A DNA stretch of 60,603 nt, filler included, from Platydemus manokwari (GCA_037951405.1; 5 parts of 5 records of this genome joined end to end with filler, not necessarily neighbours in it), one strand, 5' to 3'. Shown: positions 1 to 12,480, counted from the whole stretch's first letter. Program-made: numbers and translations. Notes: a model not told the origin generated them from the sequence alone.

Positions 1-944
1 ATAGTTTATTATCAGAGTATCAACTAAATAATCGACCTAGTGTTTTAAAAGATGGAACTGGTGTCTATTCAGAAAAAACTAATGTTAACACAATTTAATA
101 AACGAAATTATATTGTTGAAGGATCTTTATTATATTATTTCATTGAACAGGGAATGATTTTAATAAAAGTTCATAAAAAACTAAAATTAAAAAAATCACG
201 ATGGTTAGAAGGATATATAAAACATAATATTGAACAAAGGACTAAAGCAAAGAATAAAGGAAATAAATTTGGAGCAGAATTTTTCAAACTTTTAAATAAT
301 TCATTTATGGAAAAACATGGGAAGATGTTAGAAAAAGATTGAATATAAAAATAGTTTCAACTGATAGAGAATCTCAAGTACTTGCATCGAAATTAACATT
401 CAAAAGAGCAAGGATATTCACTCCACAAATAGCAGCGTCTCATATGAAAAAAGCTTCAATAGAATTTGATAAATTTAATTATGTAAATTTGTTTTATGAT
501 GTTTTAGATAAATTATTCAAAGATAAATATAAAATACATTTTGGTGACACTGACAGTTTATTTATAGATTTTTTTTTAAATTTTGATGAAACATGGAATG
601 ATGTAGAAAATAAATTAAGACCATATATAGGAAATGATTTAGGAATGTTCAAAGATGAAGTTCCAAATGAAACAATAAAAACTCAATATTTTATTAAATC
701 AAAATCATATTTACAACAAAATGAAGCTGATTATGATAAAATATTAATAGAACAACCTACCGGAAAAATAATAGATGATTTTAAAAATAAAATGAAGGAA
801 TGTAAAAATTACAAGAAAAAACAATTAAGAAAATTAATTGATGGTTATAAAAGAAAACAGACTTCGGATGAAATAAAAGATACCATAATAACCTTATTTA
901 ATGAAACAATAAATAGATATAATAGAGCTTTAACAGAAAAATAA
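1..944 (+). pseudogene. Protein-primed family B DNA polymerase (Polinton/adintovirus pPolB), C-terminal part, frameshifted
   Basis: ORFs 52..342 and 339..944 carry PolB motif B (FFKLLNNSF, cf. KLxxNSxYGK) and motif C (FGDTDSLF, cf. YxDTDS), plus LGMFKDE. There is a frameshift near 305-340 and the gene is truncated at the contig start. Confidence 0.85.
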
Positions 945-964
945 CATTAATTTCGCCTATTTCT

Positions 965-1190
965 TTATCAAAATTCTTTTTAATTTTATCAATTTCAAAC
1001 CTTAATTCATCCTTAATTTTTTCAAGATATTTCTTATTAACAAGATCTGTTTCATTTTCAGGATCATCCAAATCTGTAATTCTATAAATGTTTAACTCTA
1101 AATTACCCTTCAGACTATCACGCTCCGCATTAATATATTTTCAATCGTAAATTCTTTCTTTAGCATTAAGCATTTCTCAAATTATTCATA
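965..1190 (-). pseudogene. Fiber/stalk-like protein remnant of the Polinton-like element
   Basis: The minus strand reads, across a frameshift, KYINAERDSLKGNLELNIY.ITDLDDPENETDLVNKKYLE. This resembles the GDxMxGxLxM...ITxLxDP...DAVNKxYVD motif of viral fiber-like proteins. Confidence 0.45.
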
Positions 1191-1353
1191 TTATTTATTG
1201 AGCTATTATCAATTTTGTGAACTAGGTTAGATATTTTTGAATTGGGAATATAAAGAGAGGAAGGAACTTCGTTCAAATAGAATTCTTCGTCTCAAACTAG
1301 TTTAAAGTAGCAATAGAATTCCGCATATGATCAATAATATATTCAAATTTTAA

Positions 1354-1809
1354 TCAATTATCTAAACAATATAAAACATACATAGATAATTGTCCATATA
1401 GTTCCCCCTCTGCTTGTATTTGAATTTTATTATAAAGAAAATCAGACTTAATCTGGATTTCAGCATCGGACTCGGACTTTGTCCGACCTTTGGACTTTGT
1501 GTGGCCTCCAGTATCTTCACGTTTAAAAAAATTGTAAATTTCTGTTGTCGGTAAAATTCCATAGAAATCAAAATAAATTTTATGAGGTTTACTTATTGAA
1601 ATCCAATGCGAACCCTTTTCTTTTGTGGTTTCGAAATTCATTATTATATATCGACCGCAGGTCAACTTTAATTTATCCCTCATAATAATTTCAACATCCA
1701 AGTTTATATCATTAGAAATATCCATTAAATCAAAATTAGTAGTTTTATTAATACCATACTTAGCTAGAAATTTTAATAAAGCCGAAGGAATTTCATGCCC
1801 AGAATCCAT
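1354..1809 (-). pseudogene. Adenain-like (C5) maturation cysteine protease, catalytic Cys apparently mutated
   Basis: The protein has IMNFE...KGSHWI (His), YFDFYG (Asp; cf. YFDSFG) and QIQ...LYGQLSMY, where CGxxC is expected. The probable start is ATG 1809. Confidence 0.8.
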
Positions 1810-2224
1810 TTTTAAAAAATAAAAAATAAAAATTAAGGCAACCTTCTTCAAACTCTGACTACGTCCGACTTTCAGACTTGCTTGAGTCCGTAGGAAGGGA
1901 GCTTCGTTCGTCAAGCTTACTTAAGATTCAAACCTGTTTGAGATGAAGTCTCAAAAATATTTCTTCTCCAGCAAAATTTTTTAAATTACCATTTTGATCT
2001 GTTATTTTAAAAATAATTTCACAAGAAAAATAAATAAAAAAACAAATATTTATTTACAAACAATGATAATCCAAGAAGTCATACAAGTATGACTTATAAT
2101 AGAGTCCTTTCCGAGGATTGGATTCTAGTATCACAGGCGGCTAGTTGCAAAGTTTCTTGGTGACTTGGTGTTCTTGTTATTCCGAACATGATTAATCTTG
2201 ACAGAGTCCATTTCTATAAAATCC

Positions 2225-2430
2225 AACCAATGTAAAATACAAGTCCGAACTCACAAGTCCGAAACCATAACCCCGAAAAGATAAAAAAATTCCGAGGTTA
2301 CAGTCTCGAACTCGCAAGGTCGAACTCATGAGTCTTGAAACATATAAAAGTCCAATTCCACAATCCAACCCAAGTATAAAATATAAGTCCAAAATCACAA
2401 GTCCTCGCACACAAGTCCGAGACCATAATC
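2225..2430 (+). repeat. Degenerate tandem array built on AAGTCC(G/A)A units
   Basis: Repeated caagtccgaac / aagtccaa / caagtcc units are visible by eye. Confidence 0.55.
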
Positions 2431-2485
2431 TTGAAAAATAAATTACTTGTTTTACTTCTTCTTTATTATTATTATTGGCTGTTAA

Positions 2486-3090
2486 AATTTAAAATGATAT
2501 TCGACTTTGTCTAGCGCATTTGCTAATCGATTTTATCAAAGTGTCATTGGAACTTCTAGATGAACTTCCAGCGATTCTTCCAGCTATATAACTTCCATCA
2601 GCTATTGAACATTCAACATTTATTAACGTAAGCTCAGATATATTTATTTTATTTTCTGATAAATGAGTTCCAGGTGATTATATTTTATTATTTTCAAACA
2701 TCAAAACAGAACCCAAAGTAATAAATTTTATATTACCCTTTGTAAATAGTATTCGTTTTAAAGTGGGATTATCATATTCAATTTTTACATGATATATTGG
2801 GTTATTATTATGACCAACTTGAATAATTCCATTAATTTTATACTTACCAACAACATTTTGTAAACTTTCATTTATATCACGGATTTCTCTAGCACCAGGT
2901 GGAATTTTAGATAATTTATTTTCATTGTCAAAAGGATTATTGTCATCATTAATGTTATAAACAAAATTATAAGCACTTATAGACATCAAACCAATTTCAT
3001 ATTCGAATCTTTTACCTAACTTTTATCTAAAGGCACTGAAAAAATGAATTTATATTCTGATTTTTTACTACTAGATCTTATTACTGTGCT
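2486..3090 (-). pseudogene. Minor capsid protein (penton, single jelly-roll) of the Polinton/adintovirus
   Basis: Reads YEIGLMSISAYNFVYNINDDNNPF...IPPGAREIRDIN, then in frame past a TAA: SPGTHLSENKINISELTLINVECSIADGSY. These are typical Polinton penton motifs. Several stops and frameshifts. Confidence 0.7.
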
Positions 3091-3224
3091 ATAAATTTTT
3101 AGAAATAATGTTAATTAACTTACTTAATTTCTCCTCCATCTTGGAAACTAAACGTTGGTGGAGATGAAGAGTTTAATCACCTCGAATGATTGCTTAAGAT
3201 ATAGTCAAAACTAATATTTAAAGA

Positions 3225-3644
3225 TATTAGTATTCGCCAGGAACAAATCTTCAAGAACATTTACAAAATTATGATGAAAATATCAATAACTTCAATGAAA
3301 CTAGAAAATAAGATATACCTCCAATTTCAAAAGTAAATCATCAACCTGTAAATAGAATAGATGCAATAGCAATGCAACGTGATGTTGATTATATTTCAAA
3401 AGATTTACAAGACAGACATGCTGCTGATGTTAAAATGATACATCAAATGGATAATATTCCAAATCCAACATTCAGAGAAAAACTAGAAAGATTCTTCATT
3501 AAAAGTATTATGAAAGGGAAAATTGTGCTTGGATATGGCTTATCAAGTTTGGCAAAATATTTAACAATTAAGAAAATATATGAAAACAATTCTCATGATG
3601 AAGGCGAAGAAATTAAATATACAAAGTTACATGATGAAGATTAA
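3225..3644 (+). pseudogene. Parvovirus VP1-type phospholipase A2 domain protein (adintovirus PLA2X-like)
   Basis: Contains YSPGTNL (cf. the YxGPGT Ca-binding loop) and PVNRIDAIAMQRDVDY...DRHAADVKM (cf. PxNxLDxAAxxHDxxY...RxxAD). One internal TAA, and Arg at the catalytic His position. Confidence 0.75.
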
Positions 3645-4140
3645 GTAGCCCAAGAATTACATCATGAATATAAAAAACTAAGAAATTTTTAAAATTAAAA
3701 TATTTTCTAAAGACAATACTCATAGTGCTGATTTAGCTATTATGCTTAAAAAATCTACAGAAGGATTTATATATATTTTGGTTGTTATTGATTTATACAC
3801 AAGATATGGTTGCTGTATTCCCTTGAAAGATAAAAACAAGAAACTTAAGTTGAAGACTTTGAAAAGGCAAAAGAATTCCAAAATATACGATAAAGAATCT
3901 GGAATTAGAAGTAATTTTTTTTAAAATTTGTGATGAAAATAATATCATGTTACATAAAAATGAAGGTAAAGCTGTTGTTGCAGAAAAATGTATTAGAACC
4001 CTGAAAAATATTATGTGGAAACATTATGCAGCAGTTGGAAGTCATGCATGGGATAATAAATTATTGCAAAACGTTGTTAATATAATAATAAAATTCATTC
4101 AAATATTGGTATTAGTCCTATTGAAGCAAGTAAAAAGGTG
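3645..4140 (+). pseudogene. Retroviral-type (rve) integrase of the Polinton class, frameshifted
   Basis: Motif series ELHHEYKK, SADLAIM, GFIYILVVIDLYTRYGCCIPLKDK, NEGKAVVAEKCIRTLKNIMWKHY and YNNKIHSNIGISPIEAS matches the canonical Polinton integrase. Confidence 0.85.
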
Positions 4141-4759
4141 CGATAATGAGTGTCAGTAGCAATTAGTCAGAAATTCGAAGTTCAACCCGAATGCACAAAT
4201 TTTTGGGCGCAGGCAAAAAAAGCGACATGGACTCTTCTGACTATGAGTTGAACTGGATTGACCAACTCGATCAGTATGATGAATATTTACAAGAAAACAG
4301 GAAGAGCTCAGCCAGTTCTACGATTTAACATCAACCAGAAAAGAAAAGAACGCGTGAGAACCCCTTTTTCAAACTCCCATATAGTCGAGGTTTTGTAAAA
4401 AAAATCGACTTTATGACAATTATTTTGAAATATTGTCTATGTATGTGCACTTTATTTTACCTTTATCCTTGATATTACGTAATAAATCCACCGTTGTATC
4501 GATGAATAAAATGAGGAATTTTATATAATATTTTAAATGACATGGAAAAAGCTTTTATGGTTATTTATATTTTTAAAGAGAAATAAATAAAATAATAATT
4601 ATTATAATATTGCACAACAGTTACTCGAATAGTGTATCGAAAATTAAAACTAATTTAAATAAACCTGTAGCAACAAAATAACCCGTATTAAACATCAAAG
4701 ATCACCCGTAATAAATATAAAATAATGACAATTTTTAACCAATCAACTAAATTAAAATA

Positions 4760-5260
4760 CCGTAGATAACGTGTATTAAGATTTACCTTTTTTGCAAAAA
4801 AATTCAGTCTAAAATTCAGGGGGTCTTAATAGGTGAAGTGAGCAACTTGGCTCGCTGGATCAACCATTAATGCATGTGATTAGCTAGTTTTCTGCCGTTA
4901 TTCAGGTGCTTTAAGATGCTACACAACAAACTGATATTTCAACTAACAAATTTGTGTGCAATTTTCTTATTCCTGTAAAATGGCTGAAAGGTGAAATTGC
5001 TGTACTGCAAGATACAAGATAAAAGTGGTTAAATTTTCCAAAATTGATTCTGAAGATTTTTGCCCAAAGTGATTCCTCAAACACGGATGATGAGGAAATT
5101 GAAGAATTATCTACAAAACTGGTTAATCAACACGTAGAAACAGAAGATATGCTTGAGAGTGAAGAAGAATTTCATGGTTTCTATGACGAATAAAGTAATT
5201 TAGGTTTTTCTAAAATTTTTTATCTAAAAATGAGGGGATCTTAATACACGTAATTTATGT
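4760..5260 (+). mobile_element. Internally deleted pogo-type DNA transposon
   Basis: Termini TA|CCGTAGATAACGTGTATTAAGAT ... ATCTTAATACACGTAATTTATGT|TA form imperfect TIRs with a TA duplication. It retains the acidic transposase tail ...DMLESEEEFHGFYDE* (ends 5193). Confidence 0.7.
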
Positions 5261-6287
5261 TATCCGATGAATAGAAATAATAAATTATCCTCATTTATCT
5301 GACCTGGCAACAAATATAATAAAATGAAACCCTATTGTTAGAAATATCATTAACAATTTCAATACAATGAAAACCCCTATGTTAAAGATGATATGTTCAA
5401 GCTATGATATCAACTACTAAGACAAACAGTTTAGGGAATAAAATGGAATATTAAGTCATTTCAAAAATGAAACATGAAGTGTTAATATTAATGAACATGC
5501 ACGATTTACAGAAACAATAATTGAAATTGAAAGCCTAGAAATAAGTATTATAACTGAAATTAAAATAATACAAACTCAATGACTACGATATTTAAAATTG
5601 AAATAATAAATTCTGCAAGAAAAATTTTGATAATTATTTAAAATACTGTAAATGATATAAAAGAACTTAGTTATTTTTTAAAATATTGTCATGAAATATA
5701 CTTTTATGTTGAATTCTGAAAATCGTTTTCAATACACATTTAATGAAACAGTGAAAGAAAATTAATTAACAAATTTCTTTAAAATTATTTTTATTGCATC
5801 CAAAACCCCAACAGAAGGTTCTTGACCAGTAGTGTGCAATGGGCGCACTGCATCAAGAGTTTAGGAAGAAACTATACAATAAAGTGACTTTTAAAATTCA
5901 CTATTGTGCATTTTATACACTAAAATCATTCAGGCTACAATAAAAATGGTTTATAAAATCAGAAAAGAAAAAAGACATGTTTTAAGAATGTACATAATTT
6001 TAATTTTAATAATAATTATTATTTACATAATAATGTTAATGTTTACTTTAAATTTATTTGTAAAATATAATCACCATAAGTCTGATTGTTGTTTACAATT
6101 ATAAGTAGAAACCTGTACAAATAAGTTATCCACATCTCTCGGGAAAGTACTCTCAAACCCGCTTCTTTATTTTGAATTATAGTCGGTATCATTAAACAAA
6201 ACACTATTATTTTTCTTAGATAAACTCCTCATTGCAAGTTTTCTTAGACATTAAATTGAACATTACTTAAAAATTTTTTTATAATAT

Positions 6288-7875
6288 TGTTGGGATAATA
6301 AAATAGAATATAACGAATATTACATAGAATTAAAATGACCACAATGCGAATATACAATAACAATACAATCGAATAATAATAATTCAAATTAACAATTCAA
6401 TTAACAATTCATCTCTGCAAGAATCTAAAATTAATCGAATAATAATAATTCAATTAAAAAAATATAATAACAAAATATTTATTCTAAAAATAAATAATTA
6501 TTCTAAAAATAAAAAATAGTAATAAATAAATAAATAGGAAATTAATCTAAAAATAGAAAATGAGAATTTTCAAAAAAATGGAAATAAAAAACTACAAAAA
6601 TAAACGACAGAAAAATTTAATAAAAAGTTTAATAAAAGAAAGAGTATAAAAAATCAAATAAAAATTGAAAACGGGACACAAATTTTAGAATTTACCAATT
6701 CCGGTAATTAGATTAAATCAGTTCGAGGAATTAGTTCCAGTTTAAAAACAAAATTTTCCAAAGCAGAGGAGATAAGGCAATTAGATTGAATCAGTTCAAG
6801 GAATTAGCTCCAGCTCACTCAGAATAAATTAGTTCCTATTGGCACCCAATCTCTCAAATCTCTCGCTAATATTTCTATAAGCATTCAGATTATCGATTGT
6901 CGAAACTAATTATTGCCATCCTTACCCAGCCATATAAAAGGAAGAAGAGAAATTAGAAAAGATACAACACAACAAAAAGAAAAAGAAAGAATAAGTGCAG
7001 AGCCGAAGATACGCAATCCAAAATACAGAAGAGCTCAAATAATATCCTCCAAGAATAAATTCTTGTTCGAAAATCTTCAAGAAACGAGAAGCGTAAGCCT
7101 TTTGTCATTTTAATTTCTTTAAAGATTTTTGCTTAATTATAAACAACTTTTGAATATTACTCTAAAGAATTTATACTGTGATATTGATTATTATTTTATC
7201 ATAAATAAAAAATTGATTATAAATCATACTAATTAGAATATTAACAAATACCAACAACCCAGAAGAGTTGTTCCGGTATTGACAACGTTTAACCTACCTA
7301 ACCATTTCGTTCACCAACAACGCTGTTCTGTTGTTCTGGTGATTCGCATCTCAAACTTATTAACTAATTAAACAATTCCAAATACAAAGCTATTCTAGAT
7401 TGAACCCAGTTTAACTAGAGTCTAACTTTCCTAAAATCTAAAATATAAAACAAATCTGGTCTAAGAGGTTACGGTTCCACGTAGGCCTAATCTCCAACAA
7501 ATTAGTAACTCAGGGCCCTTACCGGGAAACCTAAGAGACCACATATAAAATCACACACTCTATCTACATAGAGTCAGTAAAATCTTTAAGTCTTAATTAA
7601 GCGTAAAATTAGGAAAACTCCATAAGAGTGGTTATTTGTCATTATTAAAACGTTTTATCAAACTTAATTTATTCATAGATTGTATTTGATTATTTGAATA
7701 TATATTTCTAATAAACTCTTTGTTTTCATAGGATAGTTATACACAGTACCTTTGGAGTCAGGTGTTATGAAAATAATAATAATTATTGGACACACATAAG
7801 TTGGGATAGAATCGACTCACGATAACCTCAGATCCTAGACTTAAAACGTAAACTTAAAGCATATAAACCCCAACA
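6288..7875. mobile_element. About 1.6-kb non-coding LTR-like element (TGTTGGG...CCCAACA)
   Basis: 7-bp inverted termini, flanks ATAT/ACAT, an internal ~35-bp direct repeat at about 6705-6815, and clear homology to 25248-26128. Confidence 0.6.
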
Positions 7876-8289
7876 ACATCATTGATCTATTATTATATAT
7901 TTAATAAATTTTGCATTTATTCTTTGTGTTTATTTTTGTTGTTATTATTCGTATTAATTTATAAATACATTATAGAATTGGAAACGAATAAGATTATTGG
8001 TGGATCATCACAATATCCTATTCAATATTACATTAAATAGAACTTGTGACAAAAACACAACCAAAAACCAATCAATATAATAGCTGTATTGAATTAAGCA
8101 TCAAATAAAACAAGTAGGAATTCAAACAATATAGCGTTAGGATTTTTTTTACGAACAAAAGGTCAGGGTTTGCCCATTTGGTCTTAATTATTGGTTTTGT
8201 AAAAATATTATTGGCATGTAGTGTTAATCACGAAACATAGAATTGTTGGGAAACCATTAACCACTTCATGCTCTACTCCACCTGTAAAA

Positions 8290-8425
8290 CCAAACCCGGA
8301 ATGGAAAACATGGAGAATGAAGAACTGGAGTGTGGATCAAGCTGTCAAGGAATCATTGAAAAATTCCAATGGACCAATCGATGATACAGAGTAGGAATTG
8401 GTCAATCCCTATGTGTGTCTCCTCA
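8290..8425 (+). mobile_element. Possible RTE-type LINE 3' remnant
   Basis: Purine-rich stretch ending ...gatacagagtaggaattggtcaatccctatgt, resembling the RTE C-terminal DRxxWRxLVxALC region. Very degenerate. Confidence 0.25.
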
Positions 8426-8862
8426 TATTATCATGATTTTCGTAAAATTATAATTTGTATTTAAGTCAGCTGTGATTCGTTGATTGCCAAGCCTATATGA
8501 TTGTGTAGGTATGCCAATGCCTAAGTTGCTAAACAAGGGTTCTAATGTACAAAAACGTTTTTCTTTTTCAGGATTTTGTCGACACTTAATAGATTCAAAA
8601 AAGACCAATAATCGACATATCCCTATATCTCGAATATTTACGACATTTATGAATATTTCAATATGATTTCTAATTATTTCACACTTTGGTGATTATTTGA
8701 TTATTTTTTATAATGATTCAGTTATTTGCAAATTGTATAAAATATATATTATTTATAAAATAATTTGAAATCAAATAACTTAAATTACAATATTAAAAAA
8801 ATTTCTGAAATCGTCCAGATTAATCGACGTTCCATTGGAAAACTTTTAAACGATCATTTTGC

Positions 8863-8962
8863 NNNNNNNNNNNNNNNNNNNNNNNNNNNNNNNNNNNNNN
8901 NNNNNNTTAATTAATTAANNNNNNNNNNNNNNNNNNNNNNNNNNNNNNNNNNNNNNNNNNNN
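8863..8962. other. Artificial contig spacer
   Basis: N44-TTAATTAATTAA-N44, which places stops in all six frames. Confidence 0.97.
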
Positions 8963-9890
8963 AGTAATGTCAGTAATTTTAATAATAAAATTTGTAAGGT
9001 TAGGAAAACTATAAAGAATATTTAAGGTCTTGAACTTTTACAATTATAAATATTAAAGATCAAAAGTTAGAAAATGGTCTAAAATTCATAAACGTGATGG
9101 AAATTCCCGGGTACAAAGTACCAGATTTCAACGGCTATATAAGCTGAGGGATTTCCATCACAATTCACTCTTAAAAATCTAACTACTAAGATTTGCATTA
9201 CGGTCAATTGAAGTAGAGCGAGTAATAGTTTGTTTTATTTAAATCGCATACATTGCTTGTTTTGCTCTTAAAGATCTCCCTTTGGAGTTAGTATTATATA
9301 TTAAAATCAATAATAAATTTTTTAAGGCGTACATAAAGGTTCTCACGGTCTCTGTGAGATAACCACAGTCAATTTGTTTTTTATAAAATATTGAACGAGC
9401 TAACCTGCGTGAATAGTTGATTGTATTTTTGTCATTTCATAATTTAAATAAAATTTGTTATAAATCTTTTGTTGTTGTTATATACAAATAAAAATAAAGG
9501 GACTCGCACTGTTTAGTTGTTTCTAACAGCAACAAATAAACATCAACCACAACCCAACATTAATAGGCGTTTTTAACTCATTGATTTACGTTTTTAGTTC
9601 AGGTGTTAATTAATAGTTTACCAATCGACACTATTATTGTATCGTCATAATCTTGACCGTTGATTCGGGTATTAACTCACTTACATTCAAATAACTTACA
9701 AGCTATTAATTAAAATTCTATTTTGGGTTTTATAACCTGTTTATCATTTCAGGCTCAGAGCAACCTCAGTTCTTCTGAGCTCAAATATTAAACTTAAATT
9801 TATATAATTTCCAGTAATTCGGTTATCACACCAGTTACTGAAGCCCCCAGGAACCAGTAATTTATAAAATCAACCGCCAACTTAACATTT
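8963..9890 (+). mobile_element. Truncated LTR (ends CCCAACA at 9559) plus adjacent leader sequence
   Basis: TATA-like ggctatataagc, AATAAA signals and a CCCAACA end. Positions 9835-9862 are similar to the reverse complement of about 30890-30920. Confidence 0.45.
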
Positions 9891-10811
9891 TGTTTAATAG
9901 TTTTATTGGACCACTTTTACATGTAATTTGATTTGTTATCAATTGTTTTATTGTAATTTGTCTCTAAAGCTTTCTCTAACACATATTCATCGCATTACTT
10001 TCTTATATTGTCATTGTAAATCTGAAAGTTATCATGGTAAATCAATTTTTTGTTTAGGAGTTAACTTTCATATTTTAGAAATAATAAATTGTTTCATTTA
10101 CTATAAGCATCGATTTTTTATGAATAATTTTTCTTTATTATTATTGTTTTCAATATAGTGATTTTAACCCAACACATTTCAAAAAACATTGTACTAAATT
10201 TGTGGACTTAATGAAATTTTTTACAAATAATTAATCTTTGTGATATATTTTGTAAAACTAAAATTTCGATTGGTTTATCTAATGTGTTGGTTAAATGATA
10301 ATACATATTTCATGGAAATTAACAACTCAGGCCTCTGTCTTCTTTCATAACTTTTGTACGGCGCTCGACTTATTAAAAAAAGGTCTAATTCTTTTAATCA
10401 ACATTACTATCAACATATTTATCAATATATTTACTATAGAGAATTAATTCTAAATTTTTTCCTCTTTATCGAAGGTCATAGTAATATGTAAATAAACAAT
10501 GAACATGAATATTCAATTAATTTCTATTAGACTATTTGTTAACTAATACATTAGTAATTTAATAAAGGATTATAAAATAAAAGATTATTTCATATGAATA
10601 AAAAGTTATTGAAATATAATATTTAAAATAGGAAAAATATTAAAAATAAAAGTTCTTTTATGATTAAATTACTTTTTTAAATATGTGTTAAACCCAAATT
10701 TTTTATAATACTTATTTTGTTAACAATTTTTATTTATTTAGTATGCTTGTTTAAATATGTAATTGTTTGTAATTTTTATTTTACTTTTTAAATATAATAC
10801 ACTTATTACCA

Positions 10812-11603
10812 ATGTCATCTGATATTAAAATCGCAGTTGTATGTTCTAGTAATCAAAATCGAAGCATGGAAGCTCATCATTTCCTCAAGTATTAAGTGTT
10901 TATCCATAAATTATTTTAATTAACCATATATATGTCAGCAAAAAGGGCTATGTTGTTAAATCATTTGGAATTGGTTCTCAAGTCAAACTACCGGGTCCTA
11001 GCCAAAATGAGCCAAATATTTTTTCTTTCGAAACCACATATGATCACATGTTTGACGAATTGTCTAAACGAGATAAAGCATTGTATATTATCATATTTTT
11101 ATTATTATTGCATTAGTATTGTTGTGTTAGATACACCCAAAACGGGGTGTTAAATATGCTAGAAAGAAATCGACGAATTAAATCCAAACCTGAGAGATTT
11201 CAAGACTCCACTGATTTTTTTGACATAATTGTTACCGTTGAAGAAAGAGTTTATGATGTTGTTTTGGAATGTTAGTTTTACAATGAAATCATATTTAAGA
11301 TTAGGCAAAATCTCTGTGTTTAGGTTTGGAAAACAGAGATAACAAAATGGGTCACAGACCAGTTCATATAATTAATATTGATATTCAAGATAATCACGAG
11401 GAAGCAACTTTAGGAGCATTTTTGATTTGTGATTTAGTTTCTATGGTTGAAAACTTTTTCCTTTTATATTTGCTAATATATCGTTCTATTTTAAATTTTA
11501 GATTGTTCAATGTGACGATATAGACAATGACATAGACGTGGTAGTACAGCATTTCTCAGAACATTCAAATAGGCATCTACTGCATACTGTGTCTTTTTAC
11601 TGA
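10812..11603 (+). CDS. SSU72: RNA polymerase II CTD phosphatase Ssu72
   Basis: Exons 10812-10888, 10939-11082, 11131-11270, 11324-11445 and 11502-11603 (GT-AG introns of 48-56 nt) give MSSDIKIAVVCSSNQNRSMEAH...DIQDNHEEATLGAFLIC...LLHTVSFY*, with an intact CX5R motif. Confidence 0.96.
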
Positions 11604-12480
11604 ATATATAAATTATTTTGAACATTTTAATGTTATTAATTATTTACTTGGTAAAATCAATTAATTTTATTTGTTTAAATGTTTCAAATTATAAACTATC
11701 AAAGTGGCCATTTTAAATATTGAAATATGTTACATAAATAATATTATTTGTATATTGTGATTTAATAAATATTAAACTTTTAAAATAATTTATATTTGAC
11801 TTGATTTTTGTTTGAACGATAAATTAATGAATGTACTAAACTTTGATTTTATTAAAGTATCAATTTTGAAAAGGGAATGAATTGACATTTACGTTTTAAT
11901 ATTTAGTTGCGATATCATCTGAACTGTCTTAATAACAAAACTGATTTTATGTTATTACAATTTAAAAATTTTTCAAGGTTAGGTTTTTAAATTAATGTTT
12001 GTCTATATTACTTAAAGTTCTATTGATCGTTTTATCATATTCTCGATTAGGTTTTAATTAACCCCATTGATTTAAATAACAGGGATTTCATGAAGTAAAT
12101 GATATAAATATTTTATAAGATCATTGCTTGATTAGTGGCTAATTTATATATTTCGATAATTTAAGTCTTATTTTTCAGTATTCAATCAAGTTCAAATTTT
12201 AGTTGACCTGTGTCGGAATTTGTTTCATTATTAAATTGCATCCATTTATTGAAATTATTCAGTATTAATTCCTACTATTTTTATGAAATCCATTTAAAGT
12301 CTTTATGACAATTTGGCCCATACTAATTTCGTAATCAATTTGTAATGAAAGTTTGAGAATAATTTTATAATGATCTTTAAAAAATCAATAATTTCATTAA
12401 AATGTATTTCTATTAAAATATCACTATAAAATTATATTTTGTCAGTTATAAGCTTCACAAAATTCAACAAATTTAATTTC

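Larger units (their letters stand above)
1..4140. mobile_element. Decayed endogenous Polinton/Maverick-like virus (adintovirus-type)
   Basis: pPolB, protease, penton, PLA2 and integrase remnants are co-located. No TIRs or packaging ATPase seen. Confidence 0.85.
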
